Origin: a virus
Strand: one strand, 5' to 3'
Length of the DNA stretch: 64,000 nt
Virus record (IMG/VR): IMGVR_UViG_3300044988_000363
A program made the translations under genes and the position numbers. The notes below the pieces were generated by a model that saw only the letters and a list, made by a program, of their open reading frames with translations, had not been told where the DNA came from and searched no databases. Shown here one piece after another: positions 58,631 through 64,000 of this stretch (position 1 is the first letter of the stretch; each line of letters starts with the position of its first letter).

Positions 58631-59203
58631 CTACTCTGAGAAAATGTCAAGCCCTTTATATTCGAGGAAGAGTTCTACGCAACCTCCTTTTCCTTTTTTG
58701 GTTGCAGCCTTATATATCACATCATCCAGAGAGTAATCAATTTTCTCAAACTCCGAAGAGTTTACTCGAAACATAGCCAATAGACATCCACTTTTTTGTT
58801 TACCTACGAATTGTATGCCTAGCTTTTTGTAGAATGGTATAGCAGGAATTTCCGAAGAAACTCGAAAATAATCCGCACTCGAATAGAAAGCATAATACAA
58901 AGATTCATTGCACAATTTTCTAGCAACACCTTTGTTTCTGTGCGCATAAAAAGTGTGAAGCAATTGAAGGTTAGCCGTATAAGGTTTACGTTTTGAAATA
59001 GTTGTGAGAATGGCTCCGGCAAGGTCATCGCCTTCCCAGAGCCCAACAACTTCGTCCCACTTATTCAACATGTCGCATTTAGCAACAAATGTCTTGGCAA
59101 ACTTATCTTCTTTACGATCGCTAATGCTTGCTACAAATTGTTCTCTTGTAACCTTTTTAAACTGCGATAAACTCTCGAGCTTTCTTTCCTCGCTCTTTTC
59201 CAT
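58631..59203 (-). CDS. GNAT acetyltransferase
   Basis: HRNKGVARKL acetyl-CoA loop, AIPFYKKLG; start uncertain. Confidence 0.8.
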   Translation of the reverse strand: MEKSEERKLESLSQFKKVTREQFVASISDRKEDKFAKTFVAKCDMLNKWDEVVGLWEGDDLAGAILTTISKRKPYTANLQLLHTFYAHRNKGVARKLCNESLYYAFYSSADYFRVSSEIPAIPFYKKLGIQFVGKQKSGCLLAMFRVNSSEFEKIDYSLDDVIYKAATKKGKGGCVELFLEYKGLDIFSE

Positions 59204-60029
59204 ATTTTGTTTTCTCCCATGACGTATAAATCTCGTGATCATATTTTAGTTCAGGAAATTTATAATCGCCCTCAAGAAGAATTTGCAGAACATCTGGGCC
59301 ATTATTAAGCGCAGCATCTATAAACGCTTCAACAAATCTAAAAGAATCTTCTAACTCTCTACGATCAAAAGAATTACGGAAACAACGGAACTCAATAGTT
59401 CCTGTGTGCTTCATACAATATGTATTAATAGCATAACGGAATGGGCGACCCATTGATACGCCATCTTTACCAGCAGCATGTAGCTTGATAAAGTGTTCAA
59501 AATCTGTTGCTAAATTAATAATGTTAGCAGACATATAATCTGGCATTAATCGACCACAATCTAACTTTAGATAAGTCTTTGCTGTTTTTGTGGAGGCCAT
59601 ATCCGGATGCAATCTAAACGCATGAATACGATCAACTACAACATGTTGATTATCACGGATATATGCTACAAGTCTTTTTAACCCTGCAATATCTTCTCGA
59701 AGACCGGGAACGAAAACATGAATGTGATTATGAGAGATACAGTTGCTAGTAGGAGAACAATTATTTCGCTTATAAAAATCAAGGATTTCAAAAATACGAT
59801 CAACCTGTTCTGGCCAAGTTTTCGTTGGTCTAACATTTATTTCTCCTCCGAATGGTGGTTCAATACCAAGTGGGTCACAAGCAATACCACGATAAGGTGG
59901 ATTTAAATTAACAACATCTGTTTCTGAAAACTCCCATTTACCTAAATGTTCTGGAAGTGGAAGGCGGCGATCCACATCTCCCACTTCCATCTCAAACCCC
60001 CAAGTAAAACTCTTTGGGTCATATGTCAT
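59157..60029 (-). CDS. amidoligase (COOH-NH2 ligase)
   Basis: WGFEMEV, GGEIN, HNHIHV, TIEFR. Confidence 0.75.
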   Translation of the reverse strand: MTYDPKSFTWGFEMEVGDVDRRLPLPEHLGKWEFSETDVVNLNPPYRGIACDPLGIEPPFGGEINVRPTKTWPEQVDRIFEILDFYKRNNCSPTSNCISHNHIHVFVPGLREDIAGLKRLVAYIRDNQHVVVDRIHAFRLHPDMASTKTAKTYLKLDCGRLMPDYMSANIINLATDFEHFIKLHAAGKDGVSMGRPFRYAINTYCMKHTGTIEFRCFRNSFDRRELEDSFRFVEAFIDAALNNGPDVLQILLEGDYKFPELKYDHEIYTSWEKTKYGKERGKKAREFIAV

Positions 60030-60709
60030 TGCAAATCCTCAATCGTTGGAAATTCATACTTATTATAGCTTATTACTTTGAAATTTTCAACTATAAAAAC
60101 TTCGAACATAGGAGCAGTAACTTGGAAACTCAAACCACTCCTCTTTAGAATATCAGCAGTTGATGCAAAGATAATACCATTTGAAGCGTATGAATAATGC
60201 AATGGTCTGGCTTCGTTACGAAAAGCAGTAATTACTTTATCTTTATCTAGAGTGCAAACTGACATACTAGAAGGATGAAATTTATGCAAAGGGACTTCGC
60301 CAGCTTCTAAACAACGTAAAATTAATTCGCTATCGTTCTTTGTGATTACATCATATCCAAAAGTTCCTTTCCACTGTTCTGGGTTCTCTTGAGAGATAAC
60401 ACCGTTATGAACAATAGAAAGTTCTTCGGTTGCCATTGGTTGATTGTATGCAAGATCGCTAGTTGAGTATCGAACATGACCAATGCAATATAAATTGCCA
60501 TCTTCGTTTGCCCAACTAGAAATATCTTTACTATTAATAAATGTGTAAGCATCAACTGGTTCTTTGATTGTATGAACCTTACCATCTTTAACATATGATA
60601 CACCTGTGGCATGTTTGCCACGAATCATTGATTCAACAAAAAGCCGACGAACCAGTTCAAATTCTTTTTCGCCGGGATTTTTGATAGCTATGCCTAACAC
60701 TCCACACAT
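60026..60709 (-). CDS. class II (Ntn) glutamine amidotransferase domain
   Basis: N-terminal MCG, GHVRYST, NQP, HNG, NDSE. Confidence 0.88.
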   Translation of the reverse strand: MCGVLGIAIKNPGEKEFELVRRLFVESMIRGKHATGVSYVKDGKVHTIKEPVDAYTFINSKDISSWANEDGNLYCIGHVRYSTSDLAYNQPMATEELSIVHNGVISQENPEQWKGTFGYDVITKNDSELILRCLEAGEVPLHKFHPSSMSVCTLDKDKVITAFRNEARPLHYSYASNGIIFASTADILKRSGLSFQVTAPMFEVFIVENFKVISYNKYEFPTIEDLQ

Positions 60710-62094
60710 TAGAAAAATGCCTCTAGACTCGCTTCTTCTGCCTTACCATAAGGATCTTTCAACCCATGAACATGAAGATAATCATACCATTCCTTATCTT
60801 CCCACATACCTGGGGAAACACCATTCCACAATGGACGCTGCAAAGGATGCGCCTTATTCATACGACGTTCTTCTACATATTGCTTACGTAGCATTTCATA
60901 ATCATATGATTGTAATTCAAGCATCTTCTCACGGAAGTAACAAACTACAGAAATACGCTCAGAAGTAGCGCTATCAGGATTGTTAAGAACAATAGGGGTA
61001 TTTCCATGGATAACTTCATGGTTATTGACAAGCAAAAGGTCACCAGGACGCACATTAACAGCAATTCTATACTCCGGAAAAACAAGGTATCCTCCTGTGT
61101 ACTCTCCTGTGCCAAGCACAAGTAGATTACTTAGGCCAGCGTCCAAGTCTCCTGCGTCTCGATGACATGCAGTACGGAATGTTTTATTAACAGTGATTGT
61201 AGTAAACACTGTTTCAGGAACAAGAAAACGTGGATCAAGTTTGTCTGCTGCCGCTTTCTGATTATTCCAACGCCATGGTAGTAATTCCTTAAAACCTCTA
61301 TTCAGAGATTGGAGGAATGGGTATGCCAACTTAAATAGTTCTGGGTACTTTTCAGTATATGAAGTTGCACGCCCATAAGGAATCCGAGGGTAACGATCGT
61401 ACCAGCCAGCCACACCTGACCATACTGTTGCTGCATAGTTAGTGGTCGATGCCCACTTTTCTGCGACCATTCTTGCTTCTTCACGAACCATCTCCTTGGG
61501 TTTGTTATTAAGACCATCTACCCACTTATCAAACCAACCATGATATTCTGGATAAACCTTAGTTACTTCTGAACGCAACCAAACAGTCCCACGAACTTCG
61601 TCAACTGGCTTATATCTTGGATCATTATATTTCGCACGAATACTTTCAATTGAAGTATCGTCAAAAAGAGTAGCGCCATCGTCCATTAAGAAGTCAAGTA
61701 CTTCCTGTTGATATGGTGTAACCCAATCACGACCACCACGACCTTCCGTGGCAAGCATTTCACCACGAGGGCCAGCTGCAAGACCACGATTCTGTGATTC
61801 AGTTGCAGCTTCTCTCAAACCAAGATAAGCACTATCTTGTTCTTCTTGACTAAAGTAATTCTTACGGAATTTGAATGCAATACGTAATTCATCATTACCT
61901 TTATCGCAATTTTCGCAATCTTTTGCGCCGCAATCCGCCTTAGTAAGAGGATCGCAAAGCGGCGGCATATAACAATCTGTGTCTTCTTCGATCAAAATGT
62001 CATAATTTGATTCATCAACAAATTGACCAAGAAGGTGTTCACAATCATGTTTTTCTCTTGCTACAATACGTCTAACCATAATTTGCCTCCACAA
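60709..62094 (-). CDS. TET/JBP-family 2OG-Fe(II) dioxygenase
   Basis: FTTITVN...HRDAGD...HGNTP...RISVVCYFR. Confidence 0.8.
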   Translation of the reverse strand: MWRQIMVRRIVAREKHDCEHLLGQFVDESNYDILIEEDTDCYMPPLCDPLTKADCGAKDCENCDKGNDELRIAFKFRKNYFSQEEQDSAYLGLREAATESQNRGLAAGPRGEMLATEGRGGRDWVTPYQQEVLDFLMDDGATLFDDTSIESIRAKYNDPRYKPVDEVRGTVWLRSEVTKVYPEYHGWFDKWVDGLNNKPKEMVREEARMVAEKWASTTNYAATVWSGVAGWYDRYPRIPYGRATSYTEKYPELFKLAYPFLQSLNRGFKELLPWRWNNQKAAADKLDPRFLVPETVFTTITVNKTFRTACHRDAGDLDAGLSNLLVLGTGEYTGGYLVFPEYRIAVNVRPGDLLLVNNHEVIHGNTPIVLNNPDSATSERISVVCYFREKMLELQSYDYEMLRKQYVEERRMNKAHPLQRPLWNGVSPGMWEDKEWYDYLHVHGLKDPYGKAEEASLEAFF

Positions 62095-62126
62095 TTTCTT
62101 TCATCATGTAGTATATATGCAAACTT

Positions 62127-62504
62127 TTAAGGCCACAAAATCTTTTTGATGTCTGGTGGAGTCCACCCATCTGGCTTTAAAATCTTTCCATCTTCTCTGC
62201 GCTTTGGCTTACCATCTGGTCCTAGTTTTGCCATGTTAGATTTGTGGACTTCGTCGAAGACAACGTCCAAGGGAATCCCGTAAGATGCAGCAGTCCCACA
62301 GACAATGTAAATAATATCAGCAAGCTCTTTGGCGACATTCTCTAGATCGTCCTTCTGTTCGCCTTCCATATATTCATTAAATTCTTCGCTCAATAACTTC
62401 ATACGAAGATTTCGCTCGGCCATATCAGGAAACACTGCAGCCTGACCAATATTCTGACCAACAGCTGTTTGAAAATTCTTTACATCTTGAAACATATTAC
62501 TCAT
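62127..62504 (-). CDS. MazG-like/PRA-PH NTP pyrophosphohydrolase
   Basis: EEFNE, KELAD, VHKSNMAK, DGKILKP. Confidence 0.85.
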   Translation of the reverse strand: MSNMFQDVKNFQTAVGQNIGQAAVFPDMAERNLRMKLLSEEFNEYMEGEQKDDLENVAKELADIIYIVCGTAASYGIPLDVVFDEVHKSNMAKLGPDGKPKRREDGKILKPDGWTPPDIKKILWP

Positions 62505-63060
62505 ATATCCACTCCGGAGGATTGCGGTTTTTCCAACTATGAAGATGAGTCTTACCCATCTTATAATAATTACGATAATTTTCTACTGGATTAGATCCAA
62601 TAATGTATTCTGGCGCCATGCAAGAAGGCATAGTAGTCATGTCATACTCTTGCAAATTCTTAGGCGGAGAAGCTAATGTAGCTGAGATCTCACCATAACA
62701 CTTATGCGTCTTATCATAACGATAAGTATATTCCTGCATAAGAGCAAAGAAATGATCTACCAGCCAATTATAATTCTCGACGCTCGTGCGAGCCCATACA
62801 GCAGATGGGTGATTGATATGTGTAGCTGAGTATATAACATCTTCACGTGCATCATTTAGCAACCACCATTTCTTTTTGCGGGTTTTAGTTGTTCCATCTT
62901 CCTGCTCGACTTGAACTTCGAGTTGAATCTCTCGACCATCGAGCAAACGATGCGCTGTCGAAAGCAGCTGAGCAGACTCGAGGATCATCTTAACAACATG
63001 ACGATCTACCATCCACTCGGCTGCAGTAACAGGGTTCTCAGAAATATAAAAAATATTCAT
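62497..63060 (-). CDS. pyrimidine-dimer DNA glycosylase-like protein
   Basis: MNIF...DRHVVKMILESAQLLS, HINHP. Confidence 0.8.
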   Translation of the reverse strand: MNIFYISENPVTAAEWMVDRHVVKMILESAQLLSTAHRLLDGREIQLEVQVEQEDGTTKTRKKKWWLLNDAREDVIYSATHINHPSAVWARTSVENYNWLVDHFFALMQEYTYRYDKTHKCYGEISATLASPPKNLQEYDMTTMPSCMAPEYIIGSNPVENYRNYYKMGKTHLHSWKNRNPPEWIYE

Positions 63061-63210
63061 TACTTATCCCAGTATAGAAACAACTTAACCCAAATATAAA
63101 CTAAAAAACAAATAATAGCAAATAAAATAATATCTTCGATTTTACGCATTTTTTCTGCAAGGATATAAAAATGAAAGTATCTTTCTCCTATTCCTGACAG
63201 TTTAACCAAA

Positions 63211-63684
63211 TTATCCATTATTTTTCCACTTCCTTAAGGCTTGATCTCGATGAAACTTATTTGCTTTATCATAAAAGCGAATACCATCTAAATGATCGAT
63301 TTCATGTTGAAACACTCTCGCTGACATACCTATGAATTGTTTTGTTAGAGTGTCTCCGTTTGGAGTCTGAAATCTTACTCGAATAAATTCAGGACGCTTT
63401 ATTTTAACTATTAATCCGGGATAAGTCAAGCATCCTTCTTCGAGCGTAACAGTCTGTTCGCTTTGCTGCACAATCTTTGGATTGAAACAAACAAAGTTTT
63501 CTGGCGCTGCTCTCATAGCGAAGATTCGATATGGCGTTCCTACCTGATTAGCTGCTAGACCCAACCCATTGTTTTCATACATACACTTAACCAAGTTCTG
63601 TGCATATTCAACTGGGTCGAATGGAGGATCTTTAAAATCAAATTCTTCACATTCGGTTGTAATATATCTATCGTCTAATTCCAT
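63211..63684 (-). CDS. def: peptide deformylase
   Basis: GLGLAANQVG, EGCL, HEIDH. Confidence 0.93.
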   Translation of the reverse strand: MELDDRYITTECEEFDFKDPPFDPVEYAQNLVKCMYENNGLGLAANQVGTPYRIFAMRAAPENFVCFNPKIVQQSEQTVTLEEGCLTYPGLIVKIKRPEFIRVRFQTPNGDTLTKQFIGMSARVFQHEIDHLDGIRFYDKANKFHRDQALRKWKNNG

Positions 63685-63688
63685 AATT

Positions 63689-64000
63689 TTATTCCTGTAA
63701 ATATTTTTCAAATTTACTTTTCATTTTCTCATATATCCCTAAACCATTATTGCAAGCAACGCATAATAATCCTCTATATTTTCCTGTATTATGGTCATGA
63801 TCTACATGAGGTAGTTGCATTTCTTTATCACAAATTTTACATCTTCTTTGTTGGATTTCAAGTTCATGTAAATACTTGTTGTAAGTCATATCTACTATGC
63901 CTTTGGATAGCCAATGTTTTTCCATAAGTATGGCTTTATTTTCTTCTCTGTATTTTCGGGCTTTTTCTTTATCGTATCTTTTTGACCAATATTCAGGATC
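63689..64000 (-). CDS. endonuclease VII-like HNH protein (5' end beyond window)
   Basis: CKIC...HVDHDH...RGLLCVACN; frame open to window edge. Confidence 0.8.
   Translation of the reverse strand, partial: DPEYWSKRYDKEKARKYREENKAILMEKHWLSKGIVDMTYNKYLHELEIQQRRCKICDKEMQLPHVDHDHNTGKYRGLLCVACNNGLGIYEKMKSKFEKYLQE

Overview
This 64 kb window is part of a large T4-like (Tevenvirinae-type core gene set) dsDNA phage genome. An alphaproteobacterial host is likely, inferred mainly from a tRNA-His lacking G-1 with A73. Left arm (+ strand): 5'-truncated FtsH, gp43 polymerase, UvsX, gp41 helicase, a late-expressed block of probable internal head proteins with capsid-targeting-like N-termini, Dps, gp61 primase, ThyX, class II RNR, ClpP, SpeD, RNase H and PhoH. 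Right arm (- strand): an array of 27 tRNAs covering all 20 amino acids plus one tRNA-like RNA, then regA/gp62/gp44/gp45, a DNA-hypermodification-type cluster (TET/JBP dioxygenase, glutamine amidotransferase, amidoligase, GNAT, ParB-like, aGPT-PPlase2, P-loop kinase), DenV-like glycosylase and peptide deformylase. Most notable: (1) a ~70-nt late-promoter plus two-hairpin leader with compensatory base changes, present three times before dissimilar GIY-YIG/NUMOD3 genes that each overlap a convergent neighbour; (2) the hypermodification cluster; (3) several unexplained structured RNAs, including a pseudoknotted one and a tRNA-like RNA with no normal anticodon arm; (4) unusual tRNAs (Thr-AGU, Ile-UAU with long variable arm, short-arm Leu). 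All calls are by eye from motifs; no database searches or folding programs were run.
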